This document shows, in pieces, positions 14,287 through 27,057 of a stretch of 64,000 bases of DNA (position 1 is the first letter of the stretch; the number at the start of each line of letters is the position of its first letter). The notes beneath the pieces were generated by a model. It was given only the letters and a program-made list of their open reading frames with translations, made no database searches and had not been told where the DNA came from. Source of the stretch: Octopus vulgaris (lineage: Eukaryota). Both the position numbers and the translations under genes were made by a program. The stretch is taken from contig OX597831.1 in NCBI GenBank assembly GCA_951406725.2, positions 16,554,001 through 16,618,000 on the forward strand, given 5' to 3'.

Positions 14287-14340
14287 TACACACACACACA
14301 CACTAATACACAGAGAGATATATATGTATATATGTGTTTA

Positions 14341-16249
14341 TGTGGGGATGAGGCTAACCGGAAGGAAAGAGCCGGGGGGGCACCACCAGAAGGGGTGGAG
14401 AGAACGATAGCATGACATAAGCAAGAATATTTTGGCCCTTTTAGCCACGAGGCGGTGGTGCGTAACAGACGCGTGATGACGCAAGAGCGAGCAAGAGCTT
14501 AGTACTAGCAACTAGTGAGAGGCGAGACAAGTAGGGCACAGATTAGCTGGACGGCTGACCCCGTGAGGTAGGTGAAGCATATGTTTCCCTCATTTTATTG
14601 TTCTGTCATGCTACGTGTTATTTCGGCACTCGTTTATACATATATTTTCCTGTTCTTAATGACCCTTTGTACTAAATGACAGCGAGAGTAAGGATTGGCC
14701 GCGCTGGTATAAGACATTTCTGTGGGAATGTGATCGCTTGACAATGTGGTCGCCAGGACATGAAATCGCCTGGAGCCGTAAAATGAAGGTAGTGGCTAGG
14801 CTGCAAAGCATTGAAGATGTAGCAGGTCTCAGAGCTCTGTAACTAGAGGAAAACGCGTTGGCGCTGTACCTGGAGATGGATGAAACAGTCCAACTGGACG
14901 CGGCGAAGATCGTTGCAGTGCCTGAAGGATGACTTTACGGAACGATCGTTCGACGAGATGGGCACAGTCAGGTTGAGAAAGGAAAAGGTATATACGTACG
15001 CAACGGAAGCTCGGTGACTGGCCATGTTATCTGGTTTTACAGGAGAGGGACTAGAAAAGGCTGCAAGATTGTGTGACGATCCAATTGTATGGTATCATGC
15101 AGTTACATCGAGACAGGAAGCTGTGGAGACAAATTGTGAGAGAGATCGGTGGCAACGATGCAGAATATCCTAGAAGGGATAAACGCGGCAAACCCAGGAA
15201 TAGGAAGCTCCTAATTGCCCAAGTTGGAGAACTGGGCAATCTGTTGCGATGCTAGCAGCATAATAATAGGGGTTGTCCTGGAAATCAGAGGTGTGGAAGT
15301 GGACGACGCAGCCTTACTCCGGACAGCAGATGACACAACACATGACGTGGCTTAGTTGCACGCTGTGTTGAGGCTCTAAGTTGGGTGCTGTACTCAATGA
15401 AAATGCAAACCGATCCAGTAGCCTCCGGGGGTGGTTAGAATCAGTGATTCCCTATGAAAATATGTTTCGAACTAACGGGGCTGCAGAGATGTTAACAACT
15501 TCATCCTAGGGGTTGTGGTAGATGTAGCTTCCGAGTTTCGTTTGAAGCTGAATGTGATCTTCATAACCTTAGAGAGGTTGTTAGACATGCTAATCAAGGT
15601 GAAAATGCCAGGTTGGCGATGCCGGATGTTCCGGAACTTGGGATTGCACGTTGACTTGGAGCTAAGAAGATTGCAAACCATGCAACACATGGGCGTAGAC
15701 AGAAGGTGCCTCGCATCTTGCCAGGTGGGTAGAGCTGTGATCGGTCTCAAGCCATCGAACCTTCTCAGGCTGTGCACGAGCTGGGACATATATCAATAGA
15801 GCACAACTGGAGGCGTAAAATAGTTGATGTGACACACTACCGGCCGAAGATAAATCACTCAATGGTCGACTGCGAGGACGGAGTAGGATGGCGATGTGGA
15901 GGGAAATGGAGACTGGTACAGCAGATAGGTTTGCACGTAGCCTTGTGGAGGAATTTCTGATAGACAACGGCACCGCATTTCGTTCGGATATGTTGCTGGG
16001 TAAAATTGATAAGTGGAACATTCACCGCTCCTTCAGAGCAGCATACAGGCTTAGTGAAAATAGGAACGTGGAAGCACATCATCGCAGAATCAAGGTCGCG
16101 GAGATGAGAGGACACTTTTCATCAATAGAAGCGGATTTGGTACTATATATCAATTCAATCAGGGCGGGCTGAGCAGTCCATAACACACATAGTAATATTC
16201 AGCTATGAATGGCGACATCCGTGTACATCAAAACACGCTGTGAGAGAGA

Positions 16250-16290
<41 letters not shown>

Positions 16291-16830
16291 TGCCTTAATG
16301 TAAGTAGGAGAGGAAATCCGGATCAAGCTCTCAAAGTTAAGCACTACAACTTAGTGGAACAAAGAGAGAGTGACGGCAGTTAATTGCCGAAAAAATAACT
16401 CTCTGTATGGACAGCCGCGTTATATGTCTTCTCTGTTCTCAAAATTATTGAGGAAACGAAGCGAGCGGATATCAAAGTGAGACATCTGCTCGGATTGATG
16501 GAGATTTGAAAATAGTGAGAAGAGGAACTTTGAGATCAGAGAGGCGTACTCGGATGAGATGAAGTGTATGCCGGTGACATCAATAGCCGAATTGCCCCAT
16601 CAGAGGAGGAAGAGGGAGCGACGAAACATGGGAATCAAGACCAGAGTTGTGCTCTTTGGCATCGAAGTAGTGGAGGTGAACGGCGTGTAAGGACATGATG
16701 GTGACACATGGCTTTAGCTGTAGCTACCATTGATAAGCGAGACATAGGTTACGTCCAGCATTTAATATATCTCGGCAGCCGACAGTGAGAGATAGGTGAA
16801 TTCTATTTTCTTCCTCATATTTCAGTCTCC
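14341..16830 (+). mobile_element. Decayed, internally deleted Gypsy-like LTR retrotransposon in gene B intron 1 (LTR relics ~14341-14650 and ~16545-16830)
   Basis: RNase H CDASS...GVVLEI (~15245), integrase IDNGTAFRS...VEAHHRRIK (15888-16172), TG-starting LTR-like repeats. Confidence 0.75.
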
Positions 16831-16838
16831 TCACGCTA

Positions 16839-16912
<74 letters not shown>

Positions 16913-17260
16913 AGAGATATAGATATATATATCAATATTTCTCTCTCTCACTCTATTTTTCTATCTATGTCCATATATATGTCTGTCACTCTGTCATCTG
17001 GCTTATTTTTACCTTCATTGATGCAAATTGTTACATACTCATCTGGGGCGAAACTATGTGAGTGAATATGTTGCTTGCTTCGAAAATCGAATATATGTGA
17101 CCTTTTCTAATGCAACACACTGACGAGTGTTTGATCCATTTTAAAAATCATGTTTCACAGATTTTCTCTCCAAAGAAGTCTTGTATCATTTTATAGAAAT
17201 CCGTTCATATTAGGTTACTTCTGCGCTGTTAATTGAGTTGCAGATGTGGTAAAATATAAT

Positions 17261-17476
17261 AATCTTTTCTACTGTATGCACAAAGCCCGAAATTTTGGGA
17301 AAAATGGCCAATGGATTAGATCGACCCAAATACGCAACTGGTACTTAATTTATCGTCCCCGAAAGGATGCGAGGCAAAGTCGACCACAGCTGAATATCAA
17401 CTGGGAACGTAAAGGCAGACAAAATACTACTAATCATTTCACGCTGCGTGCTAACGTTTCTACAAGTCACCGCCTT
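17261..17476 (-). mobile_element. SINE family 1 copy with degenerate target-site duplication, absent from paralogous gene C intron
   Basis: Flanked by tggtaaaatataataat / tggtcagacataataat; empty site near 40645-40663. Confidence 0.75.
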
Positions 17477-17745
17477 GGTCAGACATAATAATGCGCTACC
17501 ACACCTAACTATCTTTCAGTTTTAGATAATTTGCTTGCAGATTTTATACATTACAATTCCACATAATAGTTTATGAAAGCATTGCAAAATAACCCTAAAA
17601 TAATTTTCATTCACCGGGTGTATCGACATGTAACGCAAGCAAAATTTGAAGTAGGTAGAATTATGAAATAGTTCACCACAGATTCACTCTTTCTCGAAAT
17701 GTCTGGAGACTATAACACATGTTTTACTAAGCGATCTATTCGTAA

Positions 17746-17779
<34 letters not shown>

Positions 17780-17990
17780 GTATATATATATATATATCAG
17801 TTAAGCTAAGTTTATTTTGGGGCTCAAAAAGCAAAAAGCAAGGCCATGTAGGGGGACATGGAGTCATGTACAGGATGGTGTTCATGCAAAGAGTGCAGGC
17901 TATTTGTGGTCAAGGGAGACTTTGAACCGAGCGGTCGTCGGCATCTTCACTATCTATATCTATATCTCTATCTCTCTATCTATCTATCCC

Positions 17991-18142
<152 letters not shown>

Positions 18143-18467
18143 AGGGGTAGTTTACGAAAAAAACAAAAGACGAAGATCCGTGATGTAAAAAACAAACAGA
18201 TGTATTAGTATAACGCTCAGAAATAGAAAACGTCTTTTATGTTTCGAGCCTACGCTCTTCTACAGAAAGGGACGCAGAAAAAATAAGGAGAGAAACAAGG
18301 AGAGAAAAAAATGTGTGTAGTGGCTAATGATCTATCATGGCGACTGACTCGGACAGAAGGATCACACACGAGAGGGATTATATATATGTATGTGTGTATG
18401 TATGTATATATAAAGATTCCATATCATCAACATTTAATTTTTGTTTCATTATTTTCTATATTTTTAG

Positions 18468-18567
18468 GTGTTGCGATATCAGAGGATTGCAATGTGTGGG
18501 CACAAAGGAACTGTGGCGTATCCGCATCGTATTTCTTCTCACTCGATTCTGACAAACGTTTTTGCAG
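18468..18567 (+). CDS. Gene B exon 2 (GVAISEDCNVWAQRNCGVSASYFFSLDSDKRFC-R)
   Basis: tttttag acceptor, AG|gtag donor, 100 nt phase 1/2, same size as gene C exon 2. Confidence 0.85.
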
Positions 18568-19069
18568 GTAGATACACATTCAAACTATAAGAATTACAAT
18601 TACAATCTTTCAATATTGCAACTTGGCCAGTAAACAGAATCGTTAAGAGACCAGGAACAATGCATTGCGGCATTTTCTTCAAATTCCGCCGAAGTCGACT
18701 TTGTCTATCATTTATTTCGATGGCGAAAAAAAAAAGTACCAGTCATGTACTGAGCCCCATGTAATTGACTTACTAGCATTACCCGAAATTGTTGGTCCTT
18801 CAATCAGTTTTACAAGATACAATTACTTTCTTCATTATCAATATATCCATCTATCTACAACAATTATTTATACATGTATTTAGCTATCTGTATATTTGTC
18901 TATATATTTCACTGTCTATTTATCTTTCTATTTTTCTAACCATCATTGTTTCCATCTGCATTTACCTATCTACTTGACCATCTATCTCTCTTTCTACCTA
19001 TCGACCTATCTATCAAACTATCCATCTATCCATCCATTCATATCTCTGTATGTCTGCCATTTTGTCTAT

Positions 19070-19330
19070 CAAGATGTGAGCCGCTGAAAAAGGTGGCAGT
19101 ATTAAGAATACATCGGAGCCCTAGGAACTGTGAGTAAAAACCTTGAGACGTACATGGAACAAATAGGGGATGCAATAAGGTTGGGGCACCTGCGGAAAAT
19201 GCGCTGCTTGGAACCGCTGGAATACTTCGGAATGTGCTCGAAAGGTAAGAGGTGTTACCTTTGTTCACTGGTAAATAACAGCTTACACTGTAGTACATCT
19301 CCAGCCTTAGAAGCTGTACAAAGATGGTGA

Positions 19331-19368
<38 letters not shown>

Positions 19369-20060
19369 CTAGAGCAACAACAAATATAATAACAGCACTA
19401 AATGCCATGAAGACATAAGGCTAAGTTCAGAAATGGTAAAAACGGAGTTAAGAGAATTCCTAAATTAGAGGAGCCCTGGACCGGGTGAAGGCCAATGCAT
19501 AAAGAAGCTGATAGTGTTCCGTGACAGAATATCGAAACAGCTAGATGAATGTTTGCAGAATAGGGATGTACCCAGCTGGATGACAAAAGGGAGAGTTGTT
19601 GTTGTGTGCCAATGATCGCGAAAAGGGAAATTTTGCAACTTTCCGTTAATGTGGAAACTAATGACGGGTACGTTGGACGGCGAACAATATAGATACCTGG
19701 AAAGCGCTGGGCTGCTACCCACTAAACAATAAGGGTGCCGAATGAGGTGTTGAAGAACAAAGAATCTTCTCTTAATTGATAATCTAATTATCAGGAACTG
19801 CAAGAAAATGTGCACAAATCTGAGCATGGCATGGGCAGACTATCGTAAAGAATATGATATGATACCCAACTCCTTGATAATAAAAGCAATGGAAATGTAT
19901 GGAGTAGCAGAAAATATGAGAAGCTTTATATAGAATAGCATGAAATGTTGAAGAAAGGAATTTACAGCAGAGAAGGAAGTATTAGGAGGGGTGAACATCA
20001 AGAGAGTTATCTTCCAGCGAGTGAGTGTGTCCCCACTGATTTTCGTGCTGAGAATGATCC
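19070..20060 (+). mobile_element. R4/Dong-like non-LTR retrotransposon fragments around a (TAA)n tract
   Basis: Decayed RT motifs (LSMAWADYRKEYDMIP, SPLIFVLRMIPLS) and a 3' end abutting (TAA)n. Confidence 0.6.
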
Positions 20061-20084
20061 CCCTGAGCGAAATACCACAGAAAG

Positions 20085-20450
20085 ATTTAAAGTGCCTACC
20101 TAGGCGGAGGGATCTCAGTGCCTACAACGACGTACGACAGAAGGGGCAAAGTGTTGCACTGAATGATGACGACAGTCGAAAGCTTTATTATGAAAGACAA
20201 TTAAGCATCATTCCGAGCTCATGTACCCCTATCAACATCCAGACCATGAGATATATCTTAGAGCGGGGACGTAAACTACATGGCATCAGTGGTCTCTGAT
20301 CAATTTAGAACGATCGAAAGCTTTCGATACGCCCGACAAGCAATACTTAGCAACTGTATTCAAAGCGGTCAGTTTCGTCCCTACACCCGCGTTTGTATTG
20401 ACGCAGTATATAGTAATAGAGACTTGGTGAATTGTGTCTTCCGTTTCAAA
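20085..20450 (+). mobile_element. Decayed L1/Tx1-like RT fragment; homologue at 48250-48770 on the minus strand
   Basis: MRYILER...LINL..SKAFD...QYL motif; both copies share the cctaggcggaggga boundary. Confidence 0.55.
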
Positions 20451-20854
20451 TGATTCGGGAACTACTACTTTGGAATCTGGAGACCTTGTTGTGTATCTGG
20501 CGCACATTAAGTCGAGTGAACTGCGTGAGTATTCGTGGACGATGTGATCGTCTTAAATCGTTCACTAATTACATAGATCAGTTTGCGACTGCCCTTTTGT
20601 AATACAGGGCGTTCACAGGAGAAACATGAGCGACCGCTTTTCAAAATGGAATAAAGAGAACAATAGGTGACACGTGATATAGGGTCAATGAAATGGTCAG
20701 AGGATGTGTGACGAAGGGGCTTTTTACAGAAAAAAACTAAAATAATTGAAATGAAACCGTATTATCTTTGGGAAAATGTGAACATACCCAAGTACAACAA
20801 TATATTTCAACTTACGATATTGAGAACCTTACATAACAAATACATAAACGTGTG

Positions 20855-20894
20855 TGCCACGCGGGCGACCCGGTTTCCTTTCCCGGCCGATGTA
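20855..20894 (+). pseudogene. 3' half of tRNA-Gly(GCC)
   Basis: tGCCacgcgggcgacccggtttcctttcccggccgatgta resembles the metazoan tRNA-Gly-GCC from anticodon to acceptor, with a mutated T-loop. Confidence 0.6.
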
Positions 20895-21031
20895 TCATGT
20901 TTCACAAGGTAGAACTCCATTATCGCTCATAGGAAAATCTCATTCTATATAATAAAATATTGAAGAACATAAAAACTTGTGCCCGTTTCCTTTAAATGAT
21001 TCTGACTAATTATATATTATTTTTCTCTCAG

Positions 21032-21119
21032 ATTAATGGAAGAGAAGAAAGCCTGTCTTTACATAAAAGTCAATAGTTGTAATAAATTCTTCGATTTCTT
21101 TAAATATCATAAATGTAAG
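21032..21119 (+). CDS. Gene B exon 3 ((R)LMEEKKACLYIKVNSCNKFFDFFKYHKCK)
   Basis: ttttctctcag acceptor, AAG|gtaaga donor, 88 nt phase 2/0. Confidence 0.85.
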
Positions 21120-21463
21120 GTAAGATAATAAGTATTGCTTGTTAAATTTTCCCATTCGCAGTCATTTGGCTTATAGCAATTCTTTGGCACAGCTTTGAGT
21201 GGTATGACTCAATGAAACCTAACCTAGTGCCCAACTTTAAATTTGATACGTATTCTAATGATTTCAAAGTAAAATTGCAGCTGAGGAAATGAATTGCAAA
21301 ATATCTGCCAAGGACGAACAGTACGTGGTGTATTCCAGGACAAAAAGGAGTTATGTTAACATATGCAAATGTATTGAAGAGGGAACTCAATTTGAGGCTC
21401 ACGCTCTATTTTGATAATACGATTCGATGATAGTGATAACATACAACAAAATATATATATATC

Positions 21464-21684
21464 TGTAAAAGTAATATGTGACAATTATTCGGTAGCCATA
21501 ATAAAACTCTGAGTTTCGGATGCCGAAGTGGAAATACACGTCGCCATCTCTTCAGTTATTTGGCCAGTATTTTTTTTCAGATAGCCGGATAATTAAAGAG
21601 ATGGCGGCGTGCGTTTCCACCTCGGCATCCGAAACTCAGAGTTTTATCATGGCTACGGAATAATTGTCACATGTTACTTTTACA
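21464..21684. repeat. ~220-bp hairpin (inverted arms ~95 bp) with a hammerhead motif at 21501-21559 (minus strand)
   Basis: Reverse-complement arms; AUAA-CUGAAGA-GAUG...CAUCc-GAAACUCaGAGUU-UUAU. Confidence 0.8.
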
Positions 21685-21764
21685 CATAAATTCCTCTATT
21701 TACATAATATTGAGGTCTCTTTCTTTCTTTTGCTCTGTTACCATTTTAATCAATATATATATAT

Positions 21765-24700
21765 AACTTAGAAAAACTTAGAAAGGTTTTGGCCAGTATT
21801 GGCCGAGGCCATGTCTAACTTAATAGCACCACCTGGCGAAGTCTTTCGATTCAGGATTTGGGCACCGAGGCCCATTCGAGCAGAGAGTTATTGTTTGCGG
21901 AGACATATCCGGGTGTGGGTTGTTTGTCCGGGACTGTTTGAAGGAATTTGTCCAAAGACTTCTTGAATTTTGTGTGGTCAGTTTCTGTTTTGACGTGTCC
22001 TGGTGTAATGTTGAAGAGAGCGGGTCCAATTGAGGTGAAATAATTGTGCCGTATTGTCGTGATGTGATGCGATTTAGATTTTTGTTGTGGACGGATGGCA
22101 CGTGGTCTAAGCCTTGGATGTATTTTGAAAGTGATGCCAACATCATTCGGACAGTGCTGATGGAATATTTTCCACTTCAAACAGTTAATGTAGCGTTCAC
22201 GGCGTCGTTGGAGTGAATACAGTTTCAGCTTTTCCAGGCGACCCCAGTAGTCGAGGTCTGACATGCCATCTATTTTTTGTGATTGACCTTTGGGGAGCTT
22301 CAATTATCATAATATTTTGTTTTGTGTAGGGAGACCACGGTAGACAGCAGTATTCAAGGTAGGGTCGGGCAAAAGTAGAGAAGAGAAGGATAATGTTTTG
22401 GGAATCTCTCGACTGGAAGGTTCTCAGAATCCAGGAACAAATTCTGCGCGCCATATCAACTTTGCTGCTTATATGTGTAGCCCAGCTTATGTTGTTGTCC
22501 ACTGTTAGTCCCAAGTCTCTGATGCTGTTAGACGCCATGAGAATTTCTCCAGAAGGAAGGGAGTATGGGAGTTTCAGAGCGTCCTCCCTTCCAAAGTGGA
22601 TCAGTTCGAATTTGTCTTCGTTTAGCAACATGTTGTTCTTTTCCGCCCATTGAACAACAGCCAGTAAGTCTGACTGAAGGCTTTTTCGGTCATCCACGCC
22701 ATTGATGACCTTTTGGAGCTTGGAATCATCAGCGAAGGTTCTGAAGTTACTATGTTTGATGGTGTCAGTAATATCATTAATGTAGATGATGAAGAGAAGT
22801 GGGCCCAACACAGTGCCTTGTGGGACACCACTGCTGACTTTGGCTGGGCTGGATTTGACTCCTTCGACTACAACATGTTGGGTTCTGTTAGACAGGAAGC
22901 ACTTGATCCACTGCAGCAGCTTTCCAGTGACACCAATATTGGACAGCTTTCTCAAAATGATCTTATGATCAACCCTGTCAAAGGCCTTGCTGAAATCAAG
23001 GTAGATGACATCAGTGTTGGAACCCTCTCCCAAGGCTCTCAAAATGTCATCAAACGATGCAGTAGCTGCGTCAGGCATTCTCTTCCATTACGGAATCCAT
23101 GCTGGTTGGAGTTCAGCATATTATGACTCTCGAGAAAGTGGGTCATACGCGAGCTCAGCACTCTCTCAAATACCTTAATGATATGAGAGGTGAGTGAGAT
23201 TGGACGGTAATTCACGGCAAGCGATTTGTTTCCTTTTTTAACAACTGGGACAACAGCCTGGGATAGCTCTTCTGGTATATATCCAGCATCCACTGAGTTC
23301 CGCCACAGATTGGCTAGAGGGGGTGCAAGTTGATGTTGACACATCTTCAAGACACAAGCAGGGAACCTATCGGGACCTACTGCTGAATTATGCCTCATTT
23401 CTTTTATTGCTGCTAAGACATCAGGAGCACCAAAGGTTATGTCCGATAAAGTATATTAGGGAGTAACATCACTGATACAGCCCAGATGAGTCATATCAGG
23501 ATTGCTGAAACAGAGCAATATGTTTTCTGCAATATCTCTCCCAAGGTTTTGGCATTGTCTTGAAGAGTACCATTTTCATCAATCTGAGGGCCAACAGTAG
23601 AACCAGTGACTCTGTATTTTTTTGCATTTGAAAAGAACACTTTGGGATTGAGTTTGATCGTCTCAATGGCCCAGGCCTCTTCAGCTCTTCGCTGACTATT
23701 GATGATAGACCTTATGTTGTTTTGGAGTTTATGTTTTTTATCTCTAGTGACGAGATGGCAGTCAGGTTGGTGTGTTGCTGTTGACAGTATTTCAGCTTGT
23801 TGGTTTTTTTGTTAATTCTTTTAATTTTCCTGATGAGAGATATTCTATTTCTAGGGATTCGACACTTAGATTTGTTTGCAGATCTTAATGAGGTGTGTTT
23901 TGCATATATGTCATATGTCCGTAATGGTGTCTACAAATGACTGCCAGGACGTTTTGATGTTTTTGAATGTTAGTGGGTGTGTATGTGTGCGTGAAGGACC
24001 AATCGACTTGTGCAAGATCATTATTGATCGCTTCCCAGTTTGCATTGAGGAAATTCATAGTGTCAAATGGATGAACAGGAGGGATGACATTTGTTTTGCA
24101 TTTTGGCCAGTGAAATCTCAAATCCCAGAGAACCATGTCATGATCTGAGAGTAGGATTTTCTCCACTGCAATATTGTGGATAGTATCAGTGTGATTGCTG
24201 AAAATTAAGCCTAAGACGTTTTTGTGACATCTCGTTGGTTCGAGCACCAGTTGGGACAGGAAGAAATAATCCATGAAGTCAAGAAGCGATTCCACTGCCT
24301 CCCTGTCAGGGGTTGAGAGAGAATAACCTGGCGGCAGACTGTTTGTAGACCAGTCAACCCCGGGAAGGTTGAAGTCTCCCATCATTAAATTATTGTCAGG
24401 TTGACACTGCTGAATTAAACACTTTATGTTGTTGAGGCATTCCTTGAAGCATGGTAGGGGCGTTTGGGGTGGTCTGTAGAGCTCAACTACTGTTAATTTG
24501 GTTTGACTGAATACAGCGACTGCTTCGCCGTATCCATTGGAAAATATGTTCATAGCTTCTGTTGAGAAAGAATCATGAACATAAATGGTAGTCCCACCCT
24601 TTCTTCTACCAGCACGATCAGCACGAATGGCTTTAAAATGTTTAACTTCTACCTCGGCTTCCAAGTGGAGGTTACTAAGATGGGTTTCAGTAAGGACGAA

Positions 24701-26522
24701 GAAAGGGATGTGGTTTGGATGAGCATCGACCCAGTCCTCCAGGAATTTTATCTTCCATTTTTGAGTATTGGTGGAAGGGCTGATGCGTTGGGCATTAAGC
24801 AAAAATGTTGAGGCGAGAGTGGATGGTTTTAATTTTTTTGGTGTTTTGTTTATTTGATTGCTTTTTAATGGCATGTGCAGTGGGGTAATAGTGGTGGATG
24901 GTGGTGGGTGATAGCTCGGATGTTTTTTTCCAGTTCTTTTGCTAGATTCATTATAGCGAAAAAAGAGGAAGAAGTTTCCTGTCTAGGGAACTGTAGGTGA
25001 CTGTGGTTGTGGTTATTTTTATATGAGTGGTTATTTCTATATGAGTCGTAGTTTTTTTGTTTTTAGTTTTATTTTTATTATCAATTGTCCGACGAGTCCC
25101 CGGGAGATGGGTAAAGGGCCAATCCCTGTGCAAACCCAATCTGTCTCGCTGGGAATAGCGGCAGATTTGGGGATTCTTTGTTTGAGATATTGGTGGTTGT
25201 GGTGGTGTTGTAATAGAGTATGTATTATGGTGGTGGCTTTTATAGTTTGTGGGGATAGTGTGTTTTGTCCCAGGTAAATGGGTGAATTTGCAGTCTCTAT
25301 CAGTGCACAATCTATGGCGGAGAGAATAACGGCAAATGATGGGGTTTCGAGTGGGTGGGTAGGTGCGTGTGTGAGTTGTAAGAGGCGTGGATGATTGTTT
25401 GTTGAGGTTTTGGCGACCTTTGTGACAGTTGAAAGTAGTAGGAAGTAGATTCCTTGAGGTAACAGCAGCAGTAGTAGTAGTAGTAGGCAGAAGAGATGAT
25501 GTTGACAGTGATGATGATTGAGCTACTGGGACAGTGAAAGAAAGGGATGGTGCTTCCTGCTGTGAGACCCTGGTGACTTGAGGGGTCAATCGTTTCGTTT
25601 AACAAATTGTCGATTTTAGATGAATCAAGGAGTGGTTCATTCTGTTGTTGTTGCTGCTCATGTTGTTGTTGCTGACGCTGAGGTTGTTGTTGTTTTTGCT
25701 GTTGTTGCTGTTGTTGTTTTTGCCATTGAGGTTGTTGTTGTTGTTGATGCTGCGGAAGTTGTTGTTGTTGTTGCGCCGGCGATGTGTTCAAAGAGAAAAC
25801 ACATCTCAATTTATCAAAGTGTTTATCGATTAATTTAAAAGCAAATTCGATTTGCTTTAATTTATTTTGAATCTGCTGTTCAGATCGAGTTAACAAAATA
25901 TGAACTGTCTGTTTAGGAATTTCGTTCAGACACGAAGCACCTATGTTTTCCATTTGGGTAAGGCAATGCCACGTGTTTATTAGAACGACAATTTCATTAT
26001 CAGACCAGTTTTTTTTTTTTACTTTTGATGGGTAGCCATTCCGGTGGATAAATTTTACTAAGTTATATTTTATTCGTTTGTTTTGTTGATTATATTTTAT
26101 TTATTTATTATTTTGTTAGGGAAAAGTATGTAGAATAGAAAAGATTGTACACAATATTTGCTGTAATACTGAGAAATATGCGATTCTATTTGAATCATGA
26201 GCTTGCAGTAATTTTATCTTTCTTTTCTTCTCTTTTTTCACACTTTTTCTAATTTTTTATTGTGTGTGTGATCCTTTAGTTATCAGAAGGTATTGACGGG
26301 GTGTATATATAAATAAATACTCTCTCATAAGAATGTGCGGGTTTGCTTAATTTGGTCGTTTGAAATTTATGAAAGTAATTTGTAGTTAAAGAAAAGTCTA
26401 CTCGCGAGTCGAGAAACGCGTGGTTTCGAATGTATAGGAATATAAGTGACGGTCAATTTCGTTTGTAGCTGTGAAGCTGGCTGCTGACCAGCGCGGAGAG
26501 GAGTAAAAACACGTCTTTATAC
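21765..26522 (-). mobile_element. Near full-length APE-RT LINE (CR1/L2/Jockey-group-like), frameshifted, inserted in (TA)n in gene B intron 3
   Basis: APE endonuclease ORF 23885-24874 (LTETHL, MGDFN, SDH); RT 22197-23398 (YRPISL, DFSKAFD, GVPQGTVLGP, FADD); ORF1 ~24951-26038; short tandem 3' tail. Confidence 0.9.
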
Positions 26523-26537
26523 TTCAACAATTAACGG

Positions 26538-26764
<227 letters not shown>

Positions 26765-26848
26765 ATCAAAGTAGGAAACAATAATATAACACAAATATAT
26801 AATATACATAATATATTACACAATACATATACAATCTATATGCATATA

Positions 26849-26928
<80 letters not shown>

Positions 26929-26975
26929 TTAATGAAAGAATGGAGTCGAACGAAGATGTTAACACAGTTCCTTTA

Positions 26976-27057
26976 CTCTCGACACATGTTTCGAAGACAG
27001 CATGTTCTCATTCCAAAGGAATAAAGGGTGCATCATGCAATCTTCTCATCAGGAAAG
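26976..27057 (-). ncRNA. Type I hammerhead ribozyme motif with intact core
   Basis: CUUUC-CUGAUGA-GAAGA...UCUUC-GAAAC-AUGU-GUC-GAGAG. Confidence 0.75.
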
